Source of the DNA: Mobula hypostoma
Taxonomy: Eukaryota
NCBI RefSeq assembly: GCF_963921235.1
Contig: NC_086108.1
Coordinates: 4,650,001 to 4,714,000, forward strand
DNA: 64,000 nucleotides
Direction of reading: 5' to 3'
A program made the position numbers and the translations under genes. Each line of letters opens with the position of its first letter. Within the stretch, counting starts at the first letter, position 1. This document shows, piece by piece, positions 51,211 to 64,000 of this stretch. The notes beneath the pieces are model-generated. The model did no database searches. It was not told where the DNA came from and was given only the letters and a program-made list of their open reading frames with translations.

Positions 51211-54200
51211 AATGATAAAGCAGTGGTGGTTGGGGGTACAGAGGGGTGAATTAGTGGGTGGAGGTGTCGAACAGCCTTACTGCTTAGGGAACATAACTGT
51301 TTTTGAGACTGGTGGTCCTGGTGTGGATGCTACGTAGCCTCCTCCCTGATGGGATTGGGACAAAAAGGTCATGAGCAGGGTAGGTGAGCTACTTCATGAT
51401 GTTACTGGCCCTTTACCAGCACCATTCTCTATCTATGTCCTTGATGGCAGGTAGGCTAATGCCATCGATGTGATGGGCAGTTGTGACGGCCCATGGTAGA
51501 GACTTCCTGCCTGCCACAGTTCAGTTTCCATCCCGTCCAGTGATGCAGCTTGCTGGGATGCTCTCTACTGTAGAATGATGTGAGTATGGATGTGCATTGT
51601 TCTGTTCTGGTCACCATGTTCTCAGAAAGATGTTATTAAACTAGAAAGAGTGCAGATAAGATTTACCAAAATATTGCCTGGAGAGATTGTGTGGACTAGC
51701 AACATACACAAAGTGCTGGAGGAACTCAGCAGTCAGGCAGCATCTATGAAACAGAGTTTTGGGCTGAGACCCCTCATCAGGACTGGAAAGGGAGGGCCTT
51801 TTTTCTGATTCTGCAAATGGAGCTGAAATAAAATACTGAATGGTCATACAGACCCGGGGAGGGTGGAGGTTCAACAACTCCAAGTGTTCATGGTCAGACA
51901 CCACACGCACATTTTTCAAACAGAGTTCAAGGTCCTTAACCCTTCATTTCTCATGGTTTTCCTAGCAGACGGAGGTCATTGTCAGGTACAGTCTTTCCAG
52001 CTAAACAGCTTGGGAGTTGAAGAGAACCAAGAAGATAATAGGTGCTGTGCTACATCACTGATATCCACATGATATGGAAGTTCTCCTGGTTGTCATGGGC
52101 AACCAGAATCACAATCAGGCTTAATATTACTGGCATATGTCGTGAAATTTGTTAACTTAGTGGCAGCAGTACAACGCAATACATAATAATATAGGGAAAA
52201 AAAGCTGAGAATTACAGAATAAAATATATATTAAATAGCTGAATTAAATAAGTAGTGCAAGAATAGAAATAAAAAACTAGTGAGGTAGTGTTCAAGGGTT
52301 CAATGTCCATTCAGAAATCTGATGGCAGAGGGGAAGAAGCTGTTTATGAATCACTGAGTGTGTGTCTTCAGGCTTCTGTACCTCCTCCCTGATGGTAACA
52401 GTGAGAAGAGAGCATGTCCTGGGTGATGGGGATCCTTAATGATGGTTGCTGCCTTTTTGAGGCATCGCTCCTTGAAGACGTCCTGGATACCATGGAAACT
52501 AGTGTCCATCCATGATGGAGCTGACTAAATTTACAAATCTGTAGATTATTTCAATTCAGTGAAGTAGGCACCCAACCCCTCCCTCCATACCAGACAGCAA
52601 TGCAGCCAGTTAAAATGCTCTCTATGGTAGATCTGTAGAAATCTTCTACAGAACTCCTAATGAAATATAGCTCAGTTTATCAATTAACAGTTCTGTGACT
52701 GATTTAATTTTATCAACTAAGTTCTGTGAGTCTGAGTGCCTGGGGCCAAGGACTGGAGGTGTGTGTGTGTCTGTAAATAAAAAATGGGGTGGGAGAGAGG
52801 GAAAGGGGCTTGCATTGTTGTTGTTTTGGTTTTTTATGTTGTTGTTACTGTTTAGACCTTAAGACCATAAAATATAGGAGCAGAATTATGCCATTTCCGC
52901 CATCATCCTGATCCATTTTCCCTCTCAGCTCCAGTCTCCTGCCTTCTCCCTGTATCCCCTCATGCTCTGACTGATCAAGAGTCTGTCAACCTCTGCCTTA
53001 GATCTACACTTGTTTTGTCCTTCTGAATACTGTAGCGCTGGAATCTGTAGCAACACCCATGGGCAGCCCCTCCAGCACCAGAAGTGTGCTGGCCAACTGC
53101 ATTACAGCCTGGTATGGGATCACCAATTTCTGTGAAAATCCTACAAAAGGTAGTGGGTTTAGCCCACTACACCCTCCCTATCATTGAGCACATCTACACA
53201 AAATGTTGCCGTAGGAAAGGAGCATCCATCATCAAAGATCCTCACCACCCAGGCCATGCTCTTTTCTCACTGCTGCTATCAAGTAAAAGGTACAGGGAGC
53301 CTCGGGACTCACACCACCAGGTTTGGGAACAGCTACTACCCCTCAACCATCAGGCTCTTGAACAAAAGGGGATAACTACACTCATAGTACTTCTGGTGTT
53401 CACACAACCAATGTTCTCATGTCATAGACTCTTTACCTTGTTCCTTCATGCTTGTCATTTATTGCTATTGATCTATATTAGGATTTGCAGTTTGTTGTCC
53501 ATTGATCCTGTTTACAGTTACTGCTCTATAAGTATGCTCACAGATAAAGAATCTCAGGGTTGTATGAAGTGACATGTAAGTACTCTGTCAATAAATTTTA
53601 CTTCGAACTTTGAACTTTTTTAGGTGTCAGATGTGAACGCAAAACACTGTATGTTTTGACTGTACTTACAACAAACGAATCTCAATATCACACACCAAAA
53701 ACAACATGGCAAGAGCCTAGGGCTGCTGAAACTATGGAACGTTAACCCAGGATGAATCAGTGCTTTCAGTTGATGCTTTGCTGCTGCTTATGCGTGGGAG
53801 GGGAGAGGGGGGCTCTGGCGTTCTAACGTTTCCTGTTATTCATTCTTTGGGTTTTTTCCTATTTCATGTATGTCTGCAAACAGTGAGATTTCAGGTTGTA
53901 TGGTGTATATATTCTCTGATATTAAACTGAAAAATTGAAGCAAAGTTGGGTGGACGGGGAGTTGACGAGAACGAAGGCAGAGCAAATCTGAAAGCCAAGG
54001 GACAGCTGTAATATACAGAAAATCAAATTTCAGAGGAAATATAAATCAAGGGATTAAGGCTACTTTACAAAAGGATTTCTGCAGCTGGCTCAGGGTTGAG
54101 AGCGTTTCACCTACCCCAGCATAAGCAAATCGCCCAGATGTTTATGTACACACAGGCCACACACAGAGTTCCAGCAGATTCATGTGAAAACTTAAATCTC

Positions 54201-56885
54201 TCGATTTTAGGTAAAGGAAAAGGAGAAAAAAAGTTACAAATCCTAACCATCAGCAGCACAGACACACAGAGTCACACACAGAGTCTGATTTAGCCCCTGC
54301 CAATAACATCAGCCTGCTGAGAGCCCTGATGTGCTGCAGTCACTAACAGTTTAAACACAGCTGTCCTAGTCAGATGTTACTGTTTTATTAAAGCTTGGAA
54401 AAAAGCCGCGATCGAGTACAAAACAGATCCTTCCTTTCATCAAACTGGCTTATATTGTTTATTAAAGGAAAAACTGTGCAGAGTTGTGGGGAGCAGCAGT
54501 GGTTAATACTATAAACGGAACAATTAGACATGATCAAACATACAAAAGTCTGTAGATGCAGGAAATCCAAAGCAACACACACATGCAAAATGCTGGAGGA
54601 TCTCAGCAGGTCAGGCAGCATCTACGGAAAAGAGTGAACAGTCGATATTTTGGGCCAAGACCCTTTTCCAGGACTAGGACAGAAGGGGAGAAGACGCTGG
54701 AATAAGAAGGTCGGAGGAGGGAAAGGAGCATAGCTATAAGTGATAGTGAAGCCAGGTGGGTGGGAAAGGTCACGGGCTGGAGAAGATAGAATCTGATAGG
54801 AGAGGAGAGTGGACCATAGGAAAAAGGGAAGGAGGAGGGGACCCAGGAGAAAGTAATAGGCAGGTGAGAAGAAGTGAAAGGTCAGATTAGACATGATCTT
54901 GCCTTGCGGTTGCTAACTTGGAAAGAACATTGAAAAAAATTGAGGCAGAGTGTGTCATCATCTCTGTCTTTTAGGGTAGCTTCGCTCTGCAGGCTCTCAA
55001 CAGTTGTCACTGTATTTCAAATTGGTACCGATACATTTTTTTCCTAAATTCTTGGATCACTGCAATTTGAACTTGCACTGTCCTGTTCACCCAGCTTCAC
55101 ATATTTTCCCTGTGGGTTGAGACCACTCCAGATGGTGTCTGGAGTAGAGAATGTGTTTCATGACAATGGGTTAGATAATCTTCGAGGTAAAGATGGGCCA
55201 AAGAGCCTGTACTCTGCTGTACTGATTGATGTTCTATCATATTTGTCAAAGTAGAATTTATCTATTTACCTATTTATATATAAGTAGAGTGTAGAATGGG
55301 CCTTCAAGCCACACTGCCAGAAACCTCGGATTTAACCCCTGCCTAACCACAGGACAATTTACAATGACCAATCAACCTACAAACCAGTATGTCTTTGGAC
55401 TGTGGGAGGAAACTGGAGCATCCGGCGGAAACCCACACATTCTAAGGGGGAATGTACGAACTTCTGATAGAGGACACTGGAACTGAACTCCGAACTGTGT
55501 GATCTGAAATCTCCAGAGGGGAAGGCCTCGAATCCTCAGCTTTGCCCGTTGCTTGGCGGCCGGGGCAGGGTTGAAGCGCTCAGCAGAGATGATGTTTGGT
55601 GCTCGATGTCGGAGGCTCGAAGTTTTCAGATGGACTCAGAGTCGGACTGTGGTCGGGTGCTTCCAGGATGCTGCATCGGCAAGTTTGTGGCGCTGGAAGC
55701 TCATGGCAGGGAGAGTTTCTCCCTTCTACTGTCTGCGTGAGATGATGGGGCTATCGGGACTTTGAGACTTTTTTTTACCGTGCCCATGGTCTGCTCTTAT
55801 CAAATTACGGTATTGCTTTGCACTGTTGTAACTATATGTTATAATTATGTGATTTTTGTCAGTTTTAGTCTTGGTCTGTCTGGTGTTTCTGTGATATCAT
55901 ACTGGAGGAACATTGTATCATTTTTTAATGCAAGCATTTCTAAATGACAATAAACGAGGACCGAGGATCCCCATAATCTAATCTAAACTCCCACGCCGAC
56001 TCACGTCGGTTGCTACGTGACTGCAGCACTCATTAAAAATCATAACCTAACAGTAGGATCGTAGCTCCTTAAACCAGTCTCACTACCACTGACAAAACAC
56101 ACACACAACACTGGAGGATATGAGCAGGTCAGGCAGCATCTATTGAGAGGAATAAACAGTCAACTTTTTGGGCTGAGATCCTTTATCTGGACTCTGATGA
56201 AGGGTCCCAAAGAAAGGTCTCATCCTGAAACACTAAATGTTTATTCCTCTCCATAGATGAGTTCCTCCAGCAATTTGTGTGTGTGTGTTACTCTCGATCT
56301 CCAGCATCTGCAGAATATCTTGAGTAAATCAAGACTTCTTTTGTCTCACTAACGTATCAGAAGATTCCCTTATGTGTCCAGATTGAAACACAAGGAGGAT
56401 CCCATAGAAAGATCTCATCTTGAGACTGTTTATTCCTCTCCATAGATGCTGTCTGACCTGCTGGGTTCCTCCAGCATTTTATGTATGGATTCCCAGCATC
56501 TGCAGAATCTCTCGTCACGCTGACAAAACATCTAAGTATCACTACTCCAGACTTGCATAGCTCAAAGCATCCCCACAATGCATCATGTGCTCTTCAGAGG
56601 TCAGAATCTACGGTGGGAAGTGGACAATTGGTGTTTCAAGTCGAGATCGTCCACCTGAACTGGACGGAAAGGGGGAGAGGGCTCATATAAAGATGGGGAG
56701 GGATGGGTGAAGAAAGAGCTGAGATTTACCAGGATACTGCCTGCATTAGAGAGGACAGGCTGGGACATTCCTCTGTCGATCGAGGGACGATGAAAGGTGT
56801 ACAAGAGGTATCAATAAAGCGGATAGCCAGAGACTTTTTCCCCAGGGAAGAAAAGGCCAACAGAGGAGTATAATTTTGTTTAAAG

Positions 56886-56966
56886 CAGGGGTTCCGAACG
56901 TGGGGTCCACAGACCCCTCGGTTAATGTTAGGGGTCCATGGCATAAAAAAAAGTTGGAAATTCCTG
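56886..56966. mobile_element. hAT-type MITE (81 bp)
   Basis: CAGGGGTTCC...AATTCCTG ends with an 8-bp TSD GTTTA(A/G)AG at 56878-56885 and 56967-56974. Relatives lie at 8751-8800 and 25659-25738. Confidence 0.8.
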
Positions 56967-57238
56967 GTTTAGAGGAAGGTATGGGGGTAGGGTGCCAGAA
57001 GTATGTTTTTATTTACACAGAGAGTGGTGGGGGCGTGCAATATTCAGCCAAAGGGTGGTGGTAGAGGCAGATACATTCCAGACACTGTAGAGAAATAAGG
57101 GACATAGACTCAGGTATCAGGGGAATAGGGGAATAGAATTTGGTTGGAGATGAGGAGGAATTTCCTTTCCCGGAAAATACTGCATTTGTTAAATTCCCCT
57201 CCAAAGGAAGCAGTAGAGATGACCTCAACTAATATACT

Positions 57239-58114
57239 TGTAACTGGGTGACCGTCGGATCTTATTCATTATTGTTAAAAGTGTACTTGGGCATCCATCC
57301 AGGTAATGCTAGAATAGTTGTCTGTGCCTTTAAGGGAGATGGTCATGTTATTACACACGCGCGGGATAGTGGGGAGACCATTTTGTTTTCTGCTGAAGAC
57401 GTGTTGGGGCGTTGGAATTGAGTTCCTCCCGAGGCTGGGCATGGTGAGGAAAGGTGAGCATTAATTGACGATATCCATGTGAATTCGTTTATGCTTGTTG
57501 GCGGATCGAGAATATTGGTAATTTGACATGTTTTACATGTGGATGCTTTAGATTTTCACGAGTAAAGGTGTCGACGCTGGATTGCGTGGCTTATACAAAG
57601 TTCCTTGCCATCCAAGTAGATCAGTCTTCCTGTAATTTAACTACCAGGTAATACCTTGTAAAAGTTATGCCAAAGTACCTTTTGTCTAACTTTATTGCCT
57701 CGGGACTGATTGTGCATGTAACCGCGTAGCGTGAATGTTTAGTCTCTGTTCAGAAGTACAGCACGTGTGTACGTCTTAGATGAGATGTATTCGCTTACAT
57801 TTTTCACTGTTATGTATAAGATGCAGCATGGGTGGGATTCTAATGTCGTTTGTATTGTGTCCCTTCAGAATTGCCACTACCGTATTAGTACCATATTACT
57901 TCTATTATTTTTTAATACTGCATACGCAATTCTGTCCATACATGAGGACGTGGATCGAAAGTTAAACTGAGATTGTAACGGCAAGAACTGGTTGTAAATT
58001 CGTTCGTTTTGCTTCGTGACCCTCTTCTGGCACTTAAACATCTAAAACAGATGAAGGAATTAAAACCCGAAAAAGCATTTGCTGTCCTGAGTGTGTACTT
58101 TTCCCCAGGCTACA
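57239..58114 (+). mobile_element. Probable solo LTR (about 876 bp) inserted in a CR1 remnant
   Basis: TGTAACTGGG...CCAGGCTACA termini, ATACT repeated at both flanks (slightly offset on the right), CpG-rich interior and ATTAAA near the right end. Strand is tentative. Confidence 0.65.
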
Positions 58115-58638
58115 AAATACTTAAGAAAGGTTTTTGCAAAGCAGGGAATTAAGGGGAAAAAGCAGGTAGATGGCATCTGTCTGAGATACTGAAGTGTGGG
58201 TTTGTGGACTATAGTTTGATGGATCCTGGATCAATGGACTCTTTGTGAGTTGGGGGGGGGGTGTCGATGCTTTTGCTGGTGTGAGTTAGGGGAGGGGTTT
58301 GATGCTTTTGCTGGTGTGAGTTGGAGGGCGTCGATGTTGCTGCTGGTGCGAAGTGTGGTGGGCTTCAGGCCTCCGATGTTTCTCGTTCTGTGGGCTTTCT
58401 TTGTTTTGTGGATGTCTGTGAGGTGGATGAATTTCAGGTTGTACACTGTATATACTGTCTACTCTGATATTCAATGTACTTTGAAACCTTTGAAACCAGC
58501 CATGATTTTAGTAAATGGCCAAGCAGGCTTGATGGAGCACATGTCCAACTCCTGCTCCTAACATTCCTTGAAGCAATTAGCCTGGCTGAATACCGAATGT
58601 TGAGAATACCGAATCTTGTCAGGCTCAAAAACCATTAC

Positions 58639-58766
58639 CGTTCTTATTTCTCTCGATGGTGCTCTCCTGGCTGGTTAACCCTCCAGATGAAGATTCACCA
58701 CTTGATGTCATGTCATCCCGGCTGTGATGCTCGTAGAGTGGTAAAGGGCGTTGGCCTCCTCCACAC
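58639..58766 (-). CDS. SIPA1L3: SIPA1L3 coding exon A (128 nt, phase 2 to 1): [R]CGGGQRPLPLYEHHSRDDMTSSGESSSGGLTSQESTIERNKN
   Basis: Acceptor ttccccagcag| and donor |gtaatg. TSSGESSSGGLTSQEST matches the SIPA1L3 TSSGDSSSGGLTSQEST segment as I recall it. Phase fits the next exon. Confidence 0.92.
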
Positions 58767-60876
58767 CTGCTGGGGAAATAAGGAAACTTACTCCAGGAAC
58801 CAAAGAAATTTTGCACCCCAAGTTTTAACTTATAACCTATTCTAGAGGTTATGGTTCCAGGATTGTTCTTGGCAATTTTTTCTACAGAAGTGGTTTGTTA
58901 TTGCATTTTTCTTGGCATTACAAGATGGGTGTCACGCCCCCCCCCCCCCAAACCACCCTCCCTGGCCATTATCAATATTCTTCAGAGATCATCTGCTTGG
59001 GTTCAGTAGTCACATAATCAGGACTTGTGATATGCACCACTGCATATCACATTATCAATATTCTTCAGAGATTGTCTGCCTGGTGTCAGTGGTCACATAA
59101 CCAGGACTTGTGACCTGCACCGGCTGCTCATATGACATCCACCGCCTGTTCCCGTGGCTTCATGTGGCCCTGGTCATGGGGGAGGAACACTGAGCAGGTG
59201 CTGCACCATGCCCAAGGGTGACCTGCAGGCTAGCGGAGGGAAGGAGCGCCTTACACCTCCATTGGTAGAGACGTATCTCCACTTGTCACCCATGATCTCT
59301 GACAACATACGACACAATAATGATGATGGTACCACAATATGACTGAAACAGTAATCCACTAATATCCAACAACACAAGTTGCTACGACAATGAGAGAACT
59401 TAAATTCAGCTAACTGAACAACTTCAGTAATGGTGATTGAGGACTGCCTTTACAAACTCATCTTCGGGAGAGGGAAACCAGAGGTCCATGAGCCGTTCTT
59501 CATCAGTGGATCCGAGGTGGAGAGAATGAGCAACTTTAAATTCCTCAGTGTTATTAGTTCAGAGGACCTGTCCTGGACCCAGCACACAAGTGCAATTGTG
59601 AAGAAAGTATAGCAGAACCTCTGCTTCCTCAGAGATCTGCGGAAAATGGTGTGACATCTAAAATTTTGACAAATTTCTATAGATGTGTGGTGGAGAGTAT
59701 ATTGACAGGCTGCATCATGGCCTGGTATGGAAACACGAATGCCTTTGAACAGAAAATCTTACAAAAAGTAATGGATACTGCCCAGTACATCACGAATAAA
59801 GCCCTCCCAACCATTGAGCACATCTACATAAAATGCTGTCATAATAAAGCAGATTCCATCATCAGAGATCCCCCACCACCCAGGCCATGCTCTTTCCTCA
59901 CTGCTGCCATCAGGAAGAAGGTACAGGAGCCTCAGGACTCTCACCACCAGGTTCAAGAACAGTTACTACCCCTCAACAACCAGGTTGTTGAATAAAAGAG
60001 GATAACTACACTCACCTGCCCATCCATTGAGATGTTCCCACGACCAATGATCTCACTTTAAGGACTCTTTATCTCATTATCTCATGTTCTCGTTATTTAT
60101 TGCTATTTACTTATATTTGCGTTTACAAAGTTTGTTATCTTCTGCACTGTGGTTGATCTTTCATTGATCCTGTGATAGTTACTATTCTATAGATTTGCTG
60201 AGTATGCCCACAGGAAAATGAATCTCAGGGTTGTATATGATGATGTATATGTACTCTGAAAATAAATGCACTTTGAACTTTGATGCACTAATGAACTAAG
60301 ACCTCCATCATTACCCAGTCTGACACGTCTCCAACTATAGACCACAGTAATATGGTTGATTTTTAACCTCCATCCTGGCAAACCACTCAACACGACTGAG
60401 CCAGAGTGAAAGCTCTCCAACTTGGGGCACAGTGCAAGACCACGGTGGTTAAAGACCACTTTCCTCAGGAGTATCTAAGGGTGCTCGGTGATTACTGCAA
60501 GAATAATTTAGAATAGATTGAACATTTACAAGTCCCACTGCTCCGTTGAAGCTAATAGGGTATTATTGATTGCAGCTGGTTTAAGCCTCTGAGTGCAAAT
60601 TCCGCCTGAGGAATCAGGTCAGGTTTTTGGGGAGGAAGGAATGTGAAGAAAGCACAGGACAGTGAAAACAGACCAAAATATCAGGGGTTCTCCGGCACTG
60701 GTAAAACATTCAATGTACTGTATACAGAAGATAATCCCAGTCTCTGATTTTGTCTGTACAAACAACATTAATGCTGCTCAGCTGCAGAACTGGGAACAAT
60801 AAATATAGAAACAAAAAAGCACAGATAAATTAAACTTCAAAAAGTAGGAAATACTGGAAATACTCAGCCGGCTCAG

Positions 60877-61330
60877 GGAGGGAGAGGGAGGGGGAGAGAG
60901 AGGGGGAGAAGGAGGGGGAGAGGAGGGAGAGAGGAAGGGGAGAGGGAGGGGGAGAGAGGGGGTGAGGGGAGACAGGGCAGAGAGGGAGGGGGAGAGGAAG
61001 GGGAGAGAGGGAGGGGGAGAGGAAGGGGAGAGAGGGAGGGGGAGAGGAAGGGGAGAGAGGGAGGAAAAGGGGTGAGAGGGGTGAGAGGGGGGAGAGAGGG
61101 TAGAGGGGGAGGGGAGGAGGGGAGATAGAGGGCAGGGAAAATGGGGGAGAGAGGGGAGACAGGGGACAGGGAAAGGGGAGGGGAGAGAGAATGGAGAGGG
61201 GGATTAGGAGGAGATGAAGGAAGTGAGATAGAAAGAAAAGAAGTGGGGGAATGGGGGAGGGGAGAGGGAGCAGACGGGGTAAGAGAGGGAGGGTTGAGAG
61301 AGGAACAGAGACGGGAGGGAGAGAGGCAGA
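60877..61330. repeat. Polypurine (G/A) low-complexity tract
   Basis: About 450 bp of almost pure G/A on the plus strand. Explains the Pro/Ser/Leu ORF 60873..61430. Confidence 0.95.
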
Positions 61331-62879
61331 GGTCAGAGTTAACCAGAGCAGGTCTATTCATATGAAACATTAACTGCCTTCCTCTTCGTAGGTGCTGCCT
61401 AACTGGTATTTCCAGAATTTTCTGTACCATGTTTGTAGTAAATTATAACTCCTAAAAGGGACAGTCATCTTCAAACTCTCCTTCATAACCATCTGAGATT
61501 GACATCTGTCTAAAGACAGCAGAGCTTAAGAATGTGGGTCTAAAGAAGGGAAGCTACCAATGAGGTGTTACGGCATGTCAACTATTCTTTGATGCTCAGC
61601 ACATGTTTTCTGTGAAGAGTAACATATCAAATTCTTTTCTTTCCCTTTCTCCAATCAACAGCTCCCCGTCCTGTCCCACTCTCCCTCCACTGAGACACAA
61701 CTTCACTGAGCTCCGCTCTGTGCCCCACCAGCCCGTCCTGTTCACTCTCATTCCACGGTGACAGTGTTGCTGAACTTTCCTCTATTCCCCACCAACCGGC
61801 CTTGTTCCAGTTGACTGAATCGGCATTAAACAACAGTCTTTTTCCTGCCACATTAGCCCAGTGATAACGAATGGGAGAGTGTGTGATTATACCTTTGTGC
61901 CCTTTTCCTCAGAAGAATGCATGACTCCCAGTACATCAAAAAATTTGTCTTTATTGTGGGGATATCATAAAATATATCGTACAATACATTCCTGTTTACC
62001 CATAAGTTGAGGGTTGAAGAGTCCCATTAGAAGTTGAACTTACGACAACGCTGTAGTGTTTCTGGAGCCATTTACATTTCAAAACGTAGATCAAGTTCAA
62101 AATAGCCTTACCCAAAGAATAAGCTTGTATAGAGAAACATAGAAACATAGAAAATAGGTGCAGGAGTAGGCCATTCGGCCCTTCGAGCCTGCACCGCCAT
62201 TTATTATGATCATGGCTGATCATCCAACTCAGAACCCCGCCCCAGCCTTCCCTCCATACCCCCTGATCCCCGTAGCCACAAGGGCCATATCTAACTCCCT
62301 CTTAAATATAGCCAATGAACCGGCCTCAACTGTTTCCTGTGGCAGAGAATTCCACAGATTCACCACTCTCTGTGTGAAGAAGTTTTTCCTAATCTCGGTC
62401 CTAAAAGGCTTCGCTTTTATCCTCAAACTGTTGGAAATCTAGTGTAACACACACCAAATGTTGGAGGAACTCAGCAGATCAGACAGCATCTGTGGAAGGG
62501 AAGAAGCAGCTGATGTTTCGGGTGGAGATCCTTCATATAGCTTGATTAAGGTTCTTGGCTAGAAATGTCAGCCGGATATTCTCCTCCATGGATGCTGCCT
62601 GATCTGCTGAGATCTCCCAGCATTTTGTGTGTGCCAGTCTGGATTTCCAGCATCTGCAGAATCTCTTGTGCTTACGATATTTGTGACGTGCTTATAATGC
62701 GGAAAAATTTAATGGAATGCAGAATGATTGGAATGCAAGCAATCTGGTTATAAAATGCAACTGGAAGGAGTGCATTCTGCTGACGGACATTTTATCTCAC
62801 CTATTATTTAGAGAAGGTGACATAGATGTTACAGTATTGATTGTCACACAGCACCACCTCGTCTTTAAAGATGACAAAG

Positions 62880-63600
62880 ACCTTGAGGAGCTGAATTACA
62901 AGGAAAGGTACTTCATTGCCTGAGTGTAGGAGTTTGAGGGCTGACTTGATAGAGGTCTACAAAATTATGAGGGGGGTATAGGCAAGGTGTATGCATGCGG
63001 GACTTTTCCCCTCAGGTTAGGTGAGGCTAAAACTAGAGGTCATAGGTTAGGGATGAAAAGTGAAATATTTAAGGGGAACATGAAGAATATCTTCATTTAG
63101 AGGGTGGTGTGAGTGTGGATCGAGCAAATATGAGGAATATAGATAGGGTAAATCCAAACAGGACTTTTCCACTGAGGTTTGGAAAGACCAGAACTAGAGG
63201 ACAGAATCAGAATCAGCAGCATATGTCATTGAAAATTTTCAAAGTCCATTCAGAAATTGGATGTTAGAGGGGTTAAGGGTGAAAGTTGAGGGGAACCTCA
63301 GGGGAACTCACTCAGAGGGTGGTGCAAGTGTGGAATATAGATAGGGTAAATGCAGGCAGGCTTATTCCACTGAGATTTGGTGAGACCACAGTTATAGATT
63401 AAGAGTGAAAGATGAACTATTTAAGGGGAACTTCTTCACTCAGAGGGTGGTGAGAGTGTGGAACGGGCTGCCAGTGGAAGTGTTGGATGTGGGTTTGATT
63501 TCAACATTTAAGAGAAGTTTGAAGAGTACATGGATGGGAGGGGCTTGGAGGGCTATGTTCCAAGTGTACATTGAAGTTTGGAACAGACTAGATGGGCTCT
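62880..63600 (+). mobile_element. Stacked CR1 3' fragments
   Basis: The NFFTQRVVRVWN-type segment recurs three times (about 63070, 63300 and 63420). Confidence 0.75.
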
Positions 63601-64000
63601 AGATTATTTGTAACAAGAGAGCAATAATCCTTGTCTGGAGCCCGTTCTGAGTTATGCTGGATGGTGGCTTATGTGAAGAGCTTATGAAGCAGGAACAGGT
63701 CAGTCACCTTAATGGAGCTGTAGACGCTGGAATCTGGAGTAATGCACCTGTAGTCTCCAGTGTTAACTTCACAGAAAGTTGGTGTGGTTTATTATTGTCG
63801 CATTTGCTGAGGTAGAGTGAGAAACTGTTTTGCATGCCATCTGCACAAATTATTTCACCACATTAGTGCACTGGGGTAGTATGTTATTATTTACTTTACT
63901 TTACTTTATTGTCGCCAAACAATTGATACTAGAGTGTACAATCATCACAGCGATATTTAATTCTGCGCTTTGCGCTCCCTGGAGTACAAATCGATAGTAA

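Noticed and set aside
60873..61430. 185-aa Pro/Ser/Leu-rich ORF
   Set aside because: Artefact of the polypurine tract.
61625..61760. Plus-strand acceptor-like pyrimidine tract followed by an exon-like segment
   Set aside because: Weak donor, no recognisable peptide and no partner exons on that strand.

Overview
Eukaryotic, vertebrate-type DNA. The repeat set (CR1/HER1-like LINEs, V-SINEs, Rex1/Babar-like LINEs, Neptune-type Penelope elements) suggests a cartilaginous fish; this is inferred, not searched. The whole window lies inside one minus-strand gene that I recognise as SIPA1L3 (SPAR3, a Rap GAP). Five coding exons (58766-58639, 44078-43960, 41798-41338, 26281-26087, 4052-3887) splice with GT-AG sites and matching phases into one open frame from the Ser-rich C-terminal half, including a DSGIDT degron. 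The 2-22 kb introns are mostly fragmented, often nested transposons, plus 16-bp and 31-bp minisatellites. The most striking signal is a family of Penelope/Neptune terminal sequences carrying a minimal type I hammerhead ribozyme motif (AGTC-CTGANGA-A-GGGTCTCGGCCY-GAAACGTC-GACT), with more than 15 copies of varying age. Three young copies of about 210-230 bp are near-perfect 86-96 bp fold-back palindromes with 13-15 bp target-site duplications. Each has a different junction at the ribozyme core, which suggests the inversion is made afresh at each insertion. Almost all other ORFs in the track are transposon fragments or repeat artefacts.
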